From a virus (Duplodnaviria; Caudoviricetes), in the IMG/VR virus record IMGVR_UViG_3300028887_000103, positions 16,373-80,372 of that record: a stretch of DNA of 64,000 bases. The stretch is one strand, 5' to 3'. The notes below the pieces were generated by a model. It saw nothing but the letters and a program-made list of their open reading frames with translations, did not search any database and had not been told where the DNA came from. Of the stretch, positions 1-10,356 are shown piece after piece; positions within the stretch are counted from its first letter, which is position 1, and each line of letters begins with the position of its first letter. Position numbers and translations under genes: made by a program.

Positions 1-10
1 TATTGCCCAG

Positions 11-3000
11 ATGACTTCTGATGAACTTAGCACTTTGAATGATATGTGGCTGAAGAAGCAATCTATTGCTAATGACGAAGGTGTCCGCCAGATGACCGAC
101 CTCAAGGAAGACACCCTAGAGCAAATCAACCAGTTGAAAAATGGTGTAGATGGCACTACAGTAGATATTGAAGATGTCGGTGGTAGATTGGTTGAGAACA
201 TTGCCGAGGGTGTTTATGGTGCTATGCCTACGCTAGAAAGTGCGTTAGACCAACTTGGCGATTACATTGAAAAAGCCAAGAGAGAACTAGCGAAGTCTGG
301 CGGTGTTGGCACAGACACTACAGGTGGGGGTGTTAACACCAATGGCACTGATGATTTAGTTAGTGGGATTAAAGAAGGTATCACTGCCAATCTTGAAAAA
401 GTCAAGAGTATGCTTCCGAATATTATACTAGGGGCTATTGGTGCTTGGGGAGTAGTGAAGTTTGGTCCGAAAGTAGTAAAGGCTCTGTTCAACAAAATTG
501 GGCAAGGTTTGTTGAACGGTGGGCTTGGTGCGCAAGGAATTGCCGGTTCTCTATTCAAGTCTGCTGACCTAGGGCTCGGATTAAGAGATGGGCTACTTGA
601 AGTGGTTGACAAAATCCCTCGTGAAGATACTACCGTCAGTGGAAAGATATTAAATAAGATTCAAGGATGGTTGAGTCCAAAAGAATCATCGCAAGTAGCA
701 AAAACAGCGAAACAAGTTACCAAGACAAGCAAACCAGTTCAACAGATTGCTGAAAGTTCTACACAAATCAGCCAGAGTGTTCAAACGACAGGCCAGAGTT
801 TCTCCAAGGCTAATGGTTGGATGAGTTCAATTCAGCAAGGGGCAAAGACAATAATCTACATTGCAGGTGCTATTGCCGCTGTCGCTGGTGCTCTATGGCT
901 TGCTTACAATGCTTTGAAAGATGTTGACTTTGTAAAGTTCCAAGTCTGTCTAGTGGAGATGGTAGAGGCTGTCGTAGTATTCGGTGCATTGGCAAAACTT
1001 GCCGATATGCTTAAAGTCGGGCTTGCTGGAATCTTGGTAATTGCTGGGGTTGCGGCTGATGTTGCTCTTATAGGTTTGGCTTGTAGTTCGGCTTACAATG
1101 TGATGAAAGATATTGATTTTGTCAAATATCAACTCGTGATTGTAGAAATGATTGAAGCGTTGACAGTCTTTGGTGGATTCAGTGCTTTGCTTGGTATATT
1201 CAGTCCGATTGTCGGTCCAGGGTTATTGATGATTGCTGGGGTGGCTGGAGACGTTGCTCTAGTAGGAATGGCTTGCAGGTCTGCTTATGATAATATGAAG
1301 GATATTGACTTTGGAAAGTTCCAGCATATTATTCTTGAGATGATTGAGGCTCTCGGTGCAATGGGTGGATTTAGTGCTATATTCGGGCTTTTTGCACCAC
1401 TTGTTGGTTTGGGTTGGTTAAGTATTACTGCTATCTGTGATGAACTATGTAAAGTTTCAGATGCTCTATACAAAGTCTATATGACAGTTCCTGATGACTT
1501 TGATGGAGTCAATGACAAAATTGACCTGATTATGAAAGTTCTGAATAAGATTGCTGATACTGACCTCGGAACTTTGATTGGCACGATTGTAGCGAGCTGG
1601 GAAGTCGGACCGTTGACCAGAATCATAGATATGTATGTCTATGTCGCAGAACAGTTGAATAAATTATCCCAGATTGAACTAAATGCAGACGCTATTGAGG
1701 GTAACTTGAATTATATTAAGACTACTCTGGATACTATCAAGGCAAAAACTGATGTGATTACTGGGTGGCTAGAGGCTTCTGCGTTAGATATGGAAGCATC
1801 CACAGTCGAAAATGCCGGTAGGATTGTGATTGTCTATGGCAATATGGTAGATGCTTTGAACAAACTGGCTAACTTCAAACCAGATGAAACGGCCATTGCC
1901 AAGAGTCTTGTTTCAATGGTAGCCGTGATTACTCTATTGCGCAATCAGTCTTACGGTGGACGTGGTCTATTCAATATCTTTAACGATATGGGCACTGTGG
2001 CTAATGATGTTGACAAAATTAAGAGTATCGTCAACAACTACTTAGAAATGATACCGACCATTAAGTCGTTAGGTGATAACGAGAATAAGATTTCAGACGC
2101 GCTAGAAACCACAGTAATCGAGAATGTTGATAATATTAAAGATATCGTCCTTGCGATTGGCTCTGTGAATACGGGCGGTTGGATTGACCAGAAGGAAAGC
2201 GATGTGGGTAAAATCCAGAGCATCCTTAACAAGTTTACTGAACTTGAACCTGTAATTTGGCAGATTGCTCAGTTTAACTTGAGTTATCTAGAAGGTGACA
2301 ATAGTGCGAAAAGTAAGATTGAAAAAATCCGAAATATCGTTCTGGAAATTGGCAAGGTTGACACTGGTGGTTGGATTGACCAAAAAGAAAGTGATATGGG
2401 TAAGATTCAAAGTATCTTGAATAAGTTTACTGAAGTTGCCAAGACCACTCAACTACTAGGTAAATATCCCGTTGCTGATAACGCAACAACTTGGGTCCAA
2501 ACAGTAAGAAACCTAGTCTGGGAAATTGGGCAGATTAACAATAGCCAATCGAGTAGTCTAGACAGCAAGATAGAAGTTATTGAAAAAAGCAAAACCATAG
2601 CACAGAAGTTAGGTGAGTTTGCTTCAGTTATTCAGAATCTTCAGAGTGTTGATAATGGAAGTGTCATCGAATCATTGACGAGTGCTTTGAATCAACTATT
2701 AAATGGAGTGTCCGATAGCCTCAGCAATAGGACGAGTGACTTTGAAAATATCGGTGCTAAACTTGGTCAATCTCTTGCGTCTGGTGTTCAGAGTCAAGGC
2801 GATGCTATGACTAATGCAGGGAATGCTCTACAAAGTGCGTTCTGGTGGGCGATTAACAATAGAATGCAAGATGAATACTACCAAGGTAGGTCATTGGGCG
2901 AGAGGTTCCGTCAAGGCTTATATGATATAGATTATGGCAATGCAGGGTGGTGGGCTGTTCAAGGCTTCATTAACGGTGCTTGGGGTAGAGCAGGAAGTGG

Positions 3001-3400
3001 CGATGGTGTCTATAATGCAGGTTGGTGGATTGCTGATAGGTTCTTACAAGGTTTGAAAGATAGAGGTGGTCAGGGTTCGCCGTGGCAAACCACTATGGAA
3101 TCTGGTGTCTTTGCGGTGGAAGGTTTGGTGGAAGGTTTGAAGGCCTCCGAAGGTGCTTTGGTGGACGAAGCAAACAGTCTAGCCGACCAAGTGATTGACG
3201 CTTTGACAATAGATGACCTTGCAATGTCTCCAACACTAAATGTAGGCACAAGTGGTGGTCTTGCTCCAAGTATGGATATCGAAGGTAGTTATGCTAGGAC
3301 AAATGGCAATGTTATAATAAGACAAACTAATAATAATTACACCGAATACGATGTTGAGCAAGTTCAACGAGATTTGGCTTGGGAATTGAGTAAGGTATAA
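11..3400 (+). CDS. Tail tape measure protein (C-terminal part; frame is open to the window edge, so probably 5'-truncated)
   Basis: Long Ala/Gly/Ile-rich helical protein with hydrophobic repeats and Trp-periodic C-terminus; lies directly upstream of a Dit-like gene. Confidence 0.85.
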   Translation: MTSDELSTLNDMWLKKQSIANDEGVRQMTDLKEDTLEQINQLKNGVDGTTVDIEDVGGRLVENIAEGVYGAMPTLESALDQLGDYIEKAKRELAKSGGVGTDTTGGGVNTNGTDDLVSGIKEGITANLEKVKSMLPNIILGAIGAWGVVKFGPKVVKALFNKIGQGLLNGGLGAQGIAGSLFKSADLGLGLRDGLLEVVDKIPREDTTVSGKILNKIQGWLSPKESSQVAKTAKQVTKTSKPVQQIAESSTQISQSVQTTGQSFSKANGWMSSIQQGAKTIIYIAGAIAAVAGALWLAYNALKDVDFVKFQVCLVEMVEAVVVFGALAKLADMLKVGLAGILVIAGVAADVALIGLACSSAYNVMKDIDFVKYQLVIVEMIEALTVFGGFSALLGIFSPIVGPGLLMIAGVAGDVALVGMACRSAYDNMKDIDFGKFQHIILEMIEALGAMGGFSAIFGLFAPLVGLGWLSITAICDELCKVSDALYKVYMTVPDDFDGVNDKIDLIMKVLNKIADTDLGTLIGTIVASWEVGPLTRIIDMYVYVAEQLNKLSQIELNADAIEGNLNYIKTTLDTIKAKTDVITGWLEASALDMEASTVENAGRIVIVYGNMVDALNKLANFKPDETAIAKSLVSMVAVITLLRNQSYGGRGLFNIFNDMGTVANDVDKIKSIVNNYLEMIPTIKSLGDNENKISDALETTVIENVDNIKDIVLAIGSVNTGGWIDQKESDVGKIQSILNKFTELEPVIWQIAQFNLSYLEGDNSAKSKIEKIRNIVLEIGKVDTGGWIDQKESDMGKIQSILNKFTEVAKTTQLLGKYPVADNATTWVQTVRNLVWEIGQINNSQSSSLDSKIEVIEKSKTIAQKLGEFASVIQNLQSVDNGSVIESLTSALNQLLNGVSDSLSNRTSDFENIGAKLGQSLASGVQSQGDAMTNAGNALQSAFWWAINNRMQDEYYQGRSLGERFRQGLYDIDYGNAGWWAVQGFINGAWGRAGSGDGVYNAGWWIADRFLQGLKDRGGQGSPWQTTMESGVFAVEGLVEGLKASEGALVDEANSLADQVIDALTIDDLAMSPTLNVGTSGGLAPSMDIEGSYARTNGNVIIRQTNNNYTEYDVEQVQRDLAWELSKV
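920..1400 (+). repeat. Three imperfect protein repeats in the tape measure (D[VI]DF[VG]K[FY]Q...EM[VI]EA...)
   Basis: DVDFVKFQVCLVEMVEA / DIDFVKYQLVIVEMIEA / DIDFGKFQHIILEMIEA in the translation; coordinates approximate. Confidence 0.75.
2155..2432 (+). repeat. Duplicated segment in the tape measure (TGGWIDQKESD[VM]GKIQSILNKFTE x2)
   Basis: Near-identical peptide twice with similar DNA; coordinates approximate. Confidence 0.8.
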
Positions 3401-3401
3401 T

Positions 3402-4193
3402 ATGCAGATAAAAATAGGAAGTATCTTATATGTCGGAGGTGATTCACCGTTTCATTTAGCACCTCCTGTTCAAGGATTGGAAAGTCCTGCTATCAGAGTG
3501 GGAGACGGCTTGTATGCTGGGCGTGATGGAGGCTTTGTTTCAGGTCATTTTTACGGACACAGAACTATCGTGATAAATGGCTTCTATATTGGTGCTGATT
3601 GTGAAGAAGCGTCTGAATTGCGAGAAACTCTATTCGGGCTTTTGAGGATTCGTTATCTCCACCCGACTATAATTACTACTGCGACACACAATTGGTATAC
3701 TGAAGGGGTAGTGACAAACGTAAAATCAGACATTGAAAACGAAGTGTCTGGAAAATATCAGGTCACTTTGCTTTGTCCTGACCCGATATTCTATAAATTA
3801 AATGACGGTTCTACTGACCCTTCAACAATAAGGACAAGTGCCTCAATGACAATAACTTCTGGGACAGGGACAATAACTATTGATAGCGCTAGTTCAGTGG
3901 ACACTTACCCGATAATTACTTGGAATGGCACAATTACTGGATTTTCTGCAACTAACGAAACGACCGGGAAGACTTTTGCTCTTGACAATAGTTTACCGGG
4001 CGGAAATACAATAATTGATTTTGGAAAAAGAACTGTAATTGTAAATGATGTCTGCTATAACTCACATAGGCTTGCCACTTCAGAGTGGTGGACGCTTATT
4101 CCTGGAGAGAATGTAATTACTTTTGCGAACACGAGTGGAAACAATAATTCTGGCGTAATAAGATGGGTTAAAGAAGCGAGGGCGGGCATCTAA
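3402..4193 (+). CDS. Distal tail protein (Dit, siphovirus tail family)
   Basis: Position after tape measure; typical size; 'LLCPDPIFY' and 'WWTLIPGENVITF' Dit-like segments. Confidence 0.8.
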   Translation: MQIKIGSILYVGGDSPFHLAPPVQGLESPAIRVGDGLYAGRDGGFVSGHFYGHRTIVINGFYIGADCEEASELRETLFGLLRIRYLHPTIITTATHNWYTEGVVTNVKSDIENEVSGKYQVTLLCPDPIFYKLNDGSTDPSTIRTSASMTITSGTGTITIDSASSVDTYPIITWNGTITGFSATNETTGKTFALDNSLPGGNTIIDFGKRTVIVNDVCYNSHRLATSEWWTLIPGENVITFANTSGNNNSGVIRWVKEARAGI

Positions 4194-7100
4194 TGGCAGT
4201 TTTTACCGACCAAGACCAATTATTGATGTCCAGGAGTTTCACCTCCCCGTATGGCTATACTGTTACCACTAAAGTTTACGGTCGACGAACTGCCCTTGGG
4301 GAAGGCACTTGCACAATTCACTACCGATATGTAGTCCAAACATCGACAAATGTATCTGGGATGAGTTGGGGAAATAATGGTGGGGTCTATTGGCGAGATA
4401 CTCAACACTCACAGGTGAATAAAGGCTCTTTTGCCCTTGCATCAACTACGAGCGAACAAGAATTATTTTCAGTTGATGTATATGTGAACGACCCCAATGG
4501 GGCTACTCTTAATGCCTATACTTTTACAGTGTATAACTGGATGGGCTTGAATGAGGGTAATTCAGCAATGTCTAATGACTCATCGGCATTTACCGCTCCT
4601 GCTGGAATCGATATGAGCAATGTGCGAAGGGGGATTGATTCGTTCACAGCGAATGTGAGTTTGACAGGTTGGGGTGGCGGTGGTTCGACTGACGAGAGAA
4701 AATACCGAGAACTACAATGCTGGACTCAAGGAATGACTGAGCCAAGAAGGTATCAAGTTCAATACGGTGGGAGTTTATCTGGTGATATTACCGTGAGTAA
4801 TAGTTCTAGTGGTAGTTTGACAATTCGTCCGAATACAATGTATACGCTAGGTATTTATGCTGCTACTCGTAGTTCTGCTTGGAATGATGGTTGGGCAGGT
4901 ACAGGCTCAAAAAATAAAGGTGTCTATACTACCCTTCCGCCGAAATCCACTTTATCTTTGAATACGGCTGGTTCGAATAGTCTAATGATAAATTATTCTG
5001 CACCTGCCGATGGTGGCCAATACAGTAAAACTTTGGAATATAGTGTAGATGGTGGGACAACTTGGGTTACGGGTGCTACGATAAATTCTGGAAGTGCTAC
5101 AACTGGGACTTTCACTATTTCTAATCTTGACCCGAATACGCAATATACAATTCAAAGCCGAGTGACCACTTCTGCTGGAACTACAACAAATGATAATCTT
5201 ACGGCCAAAACAATTGGTCCAGCAACACCAACTTTGACAGTAGCGAATAATGGTTCTAACTATAAAATCCAGACTGCTACTTACGGGACAACATCTTTTG
5301 GTGGTGGGACTAACGGAGTAGTATCTTTATATGCTGGGACCAGTGCCAATCCGACCACGTTGGTAGATTCTAAAACTACTACTGGCACTTCAACTTTCAA
5401 TAATACTAATCTGCAGGGAAATAAACTTTACTACTATCGTGCTAGAACTCAAGCTGATTTTGATGGGACTACGGTCTATTCAGACTATGTGTCTGCCAAC
5501 CAAGCTACGAGACCTCCAGTCCCTTCTATCACTTCAGCAACAACTTTGCAATATGAAACTGCTAGCACTGTAACGGCTAGAGTTCAAATCAGCGTTCCTG
5601 CCGATGGTGGTTATTCTGCCCAGAAAAAAATTCAATATAGATATTCAACTGACGGTGGTTCAACCTTTACTGCGTGGGTAGATGGACCAGTTATTTCTAC
5701 AAGTTCTGCGACCACTACTTATGTAGATTACACAGGGCTTCCAGTTAGCACGACTTTTAGATTTTCAATTCGTCAGGTAGCAATCACGGGAGGGTTGGCT
5801 TCTAATACAACGACAAAAAATTACACTTCTCCGGGACAACATCAACCACCTACGAATTTTGATTTTGAAATCTTTGATGCGAATACAAACGTAGTAAATT
5901 GGCTTTCGACATTCTCTGGATATACTAGCCCGATTTATGTTCAAGGGCAATCTATGGTTGGAATGAGAATCCCCGAAGCGACAAAAGGAACTTGTTCTGA
6001 TGGTGCGACACTAACTAAATACACTGGGAAACTGGTGGTTGATAATTTTACTATTATCGACACTACTTTTAGTTATCCAGTCGTGATTTCGTTTGGGTTT
6101 AACAAACCGATAAATAGAACCACAGATTATCCGTCCAATCTAATTACTATTCAGGGTTTTGCTTACGACTCGTTGGCTACTTATACGCAAGTGGATAAGA
6201 GTGCTTTATCATTGTCTTGGGAAAAGCCAACTGTGGCTGTGAGTGGGGAACGACTGCCGACAATAGGCACAGCAAGAATTGACTATTCTGGGACTTATGC
6301 TAGATTACAAGACGCTAGTCTAAACAGCGGAAATGACTTAAACAGCATTACGGTTCAATACAGAGTTCTAGATACTGAAGGTAATGTTCTTAAAACTTGG
6401 ACTACGGTGAGTGCGCCGAGTAGTTCAATAGATACAAACAAGCCATTCTTGAGGGATTATTCTGGAAGAATTACTGTGAGCGATATTCCTGCGAGCAGTG
6501 ATTGTAAGGTGGAAGTGAAAATTACTGACCACTTTACGAGTGTTACTGATTCATACATTTTAACCGTCTGGGACAATGCACAAATCAACGAGCCAGTCCA
6601 CTGTGATATTGAATTATGGGATTGGAAAACTAATACTTTCGTTGCCGACCTTTCTTACTTAGTCGTAGGTGAGTTAAACATTACTTGGCAACTAAATGAC
6701 GTGGAAGAAGTCAGTTTTGATATGGACCTGATGGAGTTTGAAAAAAAATGTCAAGAGATGGGGTTGGATTCAGAAGACTTATTAAAACCTTATGCCCACG
6801 ATATTCGGATTCGTAGAAATGGCGAATATATCGTAGGGTGTCAACTTGTAGATGTTGATATTCAAATTTCTAACAATCCGCCTTCAAAGATTTCAGTTAA
6901 AGGCACTGGGTTCTTAAACTTATTGAAAGACCAGTATATTCTAAACGAGGCTTGGAGTGGATATACCTATGCTCAAATTGCTAGGAAACTGGTTCAGGCC
7001 GCTCAACTACCCGATTGTCTAGTGAAAAACCCAACTGGGGATATCGATACTTCTTACTGGCTATCTGGTCACGGGACGATTGCTTACAGTAATAGTGCAC

Positions 7101-8587
7101 ATTCTGGCGACGGCTGTATCTCTTGCGGTAGGTCTGGCACGGGTTGGGTGTCTGGTGGGACACAGATGGATGTTGATACTGGTCAAACTATTAAGGTTGA
7201 TATGTGGGTTAAGGGCCAGAGTGGTATTGATTGTTATGTGCGAGAAAGACGCTATGTTACCGAATATAGCGCTCAAGGAACAATTGCAAGCATCACTTTG
7301 GATGGGAGTTGGCAACACATTCAAGTAAACAGTTATACTACTGCTTTTGAAAATAGCTATATTCTAGTTGAATGTAATAGGACTGATAGCACCAATTTAT
7401 TGATTGACGATTGCTATGTTTATGCAGTAAATGATAATGCTACTCTTTGTAATATGAATATCCCTCTTGGGGTTGATACTGCTTCAGTAAATCAAGAGAG
7501 CAGTCGGCAGGTAAACTATGAACTTCAGAACGTTAAAGATGCACTAATCAACTTGACTAATATGGAAGATGACAATTTTGAGTTTGAGTTCGAGCCAGAC
7601 AGAACCTTCAATGTATATGAGAGAAAAGGTGCAGACAAACTAGACTTAGAAGTAGAATACCCAGGAAATGTAGATTCAATGACAATCTCTAGGAGTGCGT
7701 CTAATGTGGCGAACAAGATTATTGCGCTAGGTTCGGGCATCGGTGACGAGCGTTTACAAACAGTCGTATATAATAACACCTCCAGAAGTAGTATCGGGAC
7801 AAGGGAGAGCGTCACGACAGATAGTAATATCAGTCTAGAAGAAACGCTTAGAAGTAAAGCGATTGGTAATCTTTACGATAGAAAAGACCCGACTAACATT
7901 CCAAAGATTGTGATACGGGATGGTTCAATCAACCCGTCGAATGTTGAAACCGGCGATGTAGTTCTAGTGGAAGTTCACGGGGAAAACTTTATCGAGTCCA
8001 CAACTGGGGAATACAGAATAGTTAAAATTGACTATTCGTTGAGTGAAAATGTTGTCGAGAAAATGACCTTAACAGTTGAACGTCCAATCCAGCGTCCTGA
8101 AAAGAAAATGATAAGATATATCCGAGATAGTATCGCTGGCAATAGTGTAAATGGTTATAATCACTGGGTAGAAATCGAAGCATTGATGTTGGTAGGAAAT
8201 GAATATGTAGATATTGCTCGTGGGAAGACGGTGACAATCAGTTTTACTCCAGAGTCTCCTCATAATGACCCCCAGATTGTAGTAGACGGGAATACGACCA
8301 CAGAACAAAATTATCTAGGGCAAGCTGACAGTAATGTTACTGGTGCCGTAACCGTTGATTTAGGTTCAGAATATCCAGTCGATTATATTCAAGTTTGGCA
8401 CTATTGGCAAGATGGTCGAAGTTATAAGGATAATACTTTGTCTGTCGGAACTGAACTAGTGGGTGGAACGACTGGCACGGGCGCATTGTCGGATGTTTTG
8501 TGGCAATATAGTGGCACGGCTTATGTAGAATCATCACAAGGAAAGAGGTCTAAGTGGTTGCAAGAACAAAATGTAGTGGAGGGTTAG
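4193..8587 (+). CDS. Multi-domain tail/baseplate hub protein (FN3-like repeats, hub, carbohydrate-binding insert, C-terminal F5/8 discoidin-like domain)
   Basis: Thr/Ser-rich FN3-like segments (YSVDGGTTW, YRYSTDGGSTF), hub-like region (ANKIIALGSG...), CBM-like insert, VTVDLG...YIQVWHY discoidin motif. Confidence 0.75.
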   Translation: MAVFTDQDQLLMSRSFTSPYGYTVTTKVYGRRTALGEGTCTIHYRYVVQTSTNVSGMSWGNNGGVYWRDTQHSQVNKGSFALASTTSEQELFSVDVYVNDPNGATLNAYTFTVYNWMGLNEGNSAMSNDSSAFTAPAGIDMSNVRRGIDSFTANVSLTGWGGGGSTDERKYRELQCWTQGMTEPRRYQVQYGGSLSGDITVSNSSSGSLTIRPNTMYTLGIYAATRSSAWNDGWAGTGSKNKGVYTTLPPKSTLSLNTAGSNSLMINYSAPADGGQYSKTLEYSVDGGTTWVTGATINSGSATTGTFTISNLDPNTQYTIQSRVTTSAGTTTNDNLTAKTIGPATPTLTVANNGSNYKIQTATYGTTSFGGGTNGVVSLYAGTSANPTTLVDSKTTTGTSTFNNTNLQGNKLYYYRARTQADFDGTTVYSDYVSANQATRPPVPSITSATTLQYETASTVTARVQISVPADGGYSAQKKIQYRYSTDGGSTFTAWVDGPVISTSSATTTYVDYTGLPVSTTFRFSIRQVAITGGLASNTTTKNYTSPGQHQPPTNFDFEIFDANTNVVNWLSTFSGYTSPIYVQGQSMVGMRIPEATKGTCSDGATLTKYTGKLVVDNFTIIDTTFSYPVVISFGFNKPINRTTDYPSNLITIQGFAYDSLATYTQVDKSALSLSWEKPTVAVSGERLPTIGTARIDYSGTYARLQDASLNSGNDLNSITVQYRVLDTEGNVLKTWTTVSAPSSSIDTNKPFLRDYSGRITVSDIPASSDCKVEVKITDHFTSVTDSYILTVWDNAQINEPVHCDIELWDWKTNTFVADLSYLVVGELNITWQLNDVEEVSFDMDLMEFEKKCQEMGLDSEDLLKPYAHDIRIRRNGEYIVGCQLVDVDIQISNNPPSKISVKGTGFLNLLKDQYILNEAWSGYTYAQIARKLVQAAQLPDCLVKNPTGDIDTSYWLSGHGTIAYSNSAHSGDGCISCGRSGTGWVSGGTQMDVDTGQTIKVDMWVKGQSGIDCYVRERRYVTEYSAQGTIASITLDGSWQHIQVNSYTTAFENSYILVECNRTDSTNLLIDDCYVYAVNDNATLCNMNIPLGVDTASVNQESSRQVNYELQNVKDALINLTNMEDDNFEFEFEPDRTFNVYERKGADKLDLEVEYPGNVDSMTISRSASNVANKIIALGSGIGDERLQTVVYNNTSRSSIGTRESVTTDSNISLEETLRSKAIGNLYDRKDPTNIPKIVIRDGSINPSNVETGDVVLVEVHGENFIESTTGEYRIVKIDYSLSENVVEKMTLTVERPIQRPEKKMIRYIRDSIAGNSVNGYNHWVEIEALMLVGNEYVDIARGKTVTISFTPESPHNDPQIVVDGNTTTEQNYLGQADSNVTGAVTVDLGSEYPVDYIQVWHYWQDGRSYKDNTLSVGTELVGGTTGTGALSDVLWQYSGTAYVESSQGKRSKWLQEQNVVEG

Positions 8588-9094
8588 ATGGGTCAGGTTC
8601 AGAGTTATAATGAGACACACCTAGCAAATAAAGTGGCTAGCATAGAGCAAGATGTGATTCAGTTGAAAGCCCGTCAGATTTACGGGATGAATGATGTCCA
8701 AGTTTTTACTTCTAACGAGTTAAAAGAAGGGAGTCACACCTTTATCGAGCAATCTTATGACCATCAATATAGTTGGACTGGCTCAGCCACAGATATTCTA
8801 AAAGTCAGATTCGTGGGCAATAAACCTGCTAAAACTGTAGTCGGGATTTTAAGGTATGCGTTTGAAATTATTTCTCAAGGGGAATTCTATTACGTCCCAT
8901 TCCTGAAAGCGTATAGGGGTTCTAACCCAAATGTTTTGGAGTGGCTAGTCTGTGCTTATGGCGGAAACGATGCTCTTGGGAGTAGGTATACGACCTTCAA
9001 TCTAAAATTGACGGCATTGACAAATGAAGTAGGTGTGCTATCTATCGTGGATAGTTATGATATTGGCACATACTACGGATGGGTGTTAGGGTAA
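8588..9094 (+). CDS. Small tail-tip/receptor-binding-like protein, paralog 1
   Basis: N-terminal heptad segment shared with the next two genes; beta-rich C-terminus; tail operon. Confidence 0.55.
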   Translation: MGQVQSYNETHLANKVASIEQDVIQLKARQIYGMNDVQVFTSNELKEGSHTFIEQSYDHQYSWTGSATDILKVRFVGNKPAKTVVGILRYAFEIISQGEFYYVPFLKAYRGSNPNVLEWLVCAYGGNDALGSRYTTFNLKLTALTNEVGVLSIVDSYDIGTYYGWVLG

Positions 9095-9095
9095 A

Positions 9096-9497
9096 ATGGA
9101 CATTGAAAAGAAGATAGCTGAGTTACAGGAAGAGGTCAGAAGGTTCAAGACCTCACAGGCTATTGGGCAGTCTAACTCCACAAACTATAAAATAGTGTCT
9201 GGAGCAAAAATGACAATCGCTACTAACCAGTATAAGTATGGCGATGCCACAATCACTTTCACTTCAAGTGGTAGGGCTTTCCCACACTTTTGCTATACTG
9301 TAGATAGTTACACTGTTTCGGATGGAGGCACGGCTACCATTACGCCTTACTACTTACCTCAATACACTTGGAGTGAGCAGGCTGATTTGTATAAAGATTC
9401 GATGCTAATTCAGGTTAGAACATCAAGTGCCAGCCAAACAGTGACAATCTACTTTACAATCTATTCGGATACACCGGGAACTTATGTAGTGAGTTAG
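9096..9497 (+). CDS. Small tail-tip/receptor-binding-like protein, paralog 2
   Basis: IEKKIAELQEEVRRFKTSQ N-terminus resembles its neighbours. Confidence 0.55.
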   Translation: MDIEKKIAELQEEVRRFKTSQAIGQSNSTNYKIVSGAKMTIATNQYKYGDATITFTSSGRAFPHFCYTVDSYTVSDGGTATITPYYLPQYTWSEQADLYKDSMLIQVRTSSASQTVTIYFTIYSDTPGTYVVS

Positions 9498-9499
9498 AT

Positions 9500-9895
9500 A
9501 TGGATGAAAATATAGTTAACAGAGTCGTAAAACTTCAAGAAGATGTCATTAAAATAAAACAAATCCAGCGTTCTCAAAATGACAGTTTCAAATTCTATGC
9601 GTATCAGACGGATAACTTATGGAATGTCTTGCCTCATACTGCACTGGGGACGACGGTCAATTTAGAGTTTAGGCCAGTTATGAAACAGAAGGATAAAGTG
9701 GTGTGTCGATTTTACGCAGAGGATGGGAGTGCCGTTCAATACTTTCCAGAAATAGATATAGACCCAACTAACCATCTGAAAGCGACCTATCTTTTCTTTG
9801 GTTATGACCCACCGACATCACCGCCGTCGTTTGAACAGTTCTGTTATCTTGGGTGCTATACAAATTGTGAGGGTGAACTAATCTGGAGTTTATGA
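9500..9895 (+). CDS. Small tail-tip/receptor-binding-like protein, paralog 3
   Basis: IVNRVVKLQEDVIKIKQIQ N-terminus resembles its neighbours. Confidence 0.55.
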   Translation: MDENIVNRVVKLQEDVIKIKQIQRSQNDSFKFYAYQTDNLWNVLPHTALGTTVNLEFRPVMKQKDKVVCRFYAEDGSAVQYFPEIDIDPTNHLKATYLFFGYDPPTSPPSFEQFCYLGCYTNCEGELIWSL

Positions 9896-10356
9896 TGAGT
9901 AGTAGAGGTTATCTAGTAGATTTGATAGAAAGTATCGGGGAGAAGATTTGTCTGTCATCCCATATAGAAGAAAAGTTACGGGCTAGTGATAATGACGATG
10001 AAAAAGCCCAACTAGAACAGATGTTGGATGCAGTTTTGAAACAGAGGCGAGAGCAGATGAGTCTTCTGCTTGAAAATGCTGAATGTCCAGACCCAACATA
10101 TCACTGTATCGTGAAACACGCTATCGGAAGTTGGTGGCGAGATATAGAGGTTTGGGAAGCATCTAATGACAATCGTGATTTAGAAAAGACTATCCAGTCA
10201 GCAGATTTGCTGGCTATGTGTTTGAGTAAATATCTAGGAATGGAGTTTGAAGTCTGTTCTAGATGCTTATGGGATAGGATGCTCGTTAAACAGGTCGAAA
10301 ACGAGCGTTCTGATATACTTAAAACAAATGAAAAAGGAGACGAAGATGGCAACTAA
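9892..10356 (+). CDS. Hypothetical protein with Cys/His motifs (HCxxxH, CxxC)
   Basis: Coupled ORF between tail and lysis genes. Confidence 0.6.
   Translation: MMSSRGYLVDLIESIGEKICLSSHIEEKLRASDNDDEKAQLEQMLDAVLKQRREQMSLLLENAECPDPTYHCIVKHAIGSWWRDIEVWEASNDNRDLEKTIQSADLLAMCLSKYLGMEFEVCSRCLWDRMLVKQVENERSDILKTNEKGDEDGN

Noticed and set aside
8588-9895. Diversity-generating retroelement acting on the tail-tip paralogs
   Set aside because: No reverse transcriptase and no template/variable repeat pair differing at adenines was seen.
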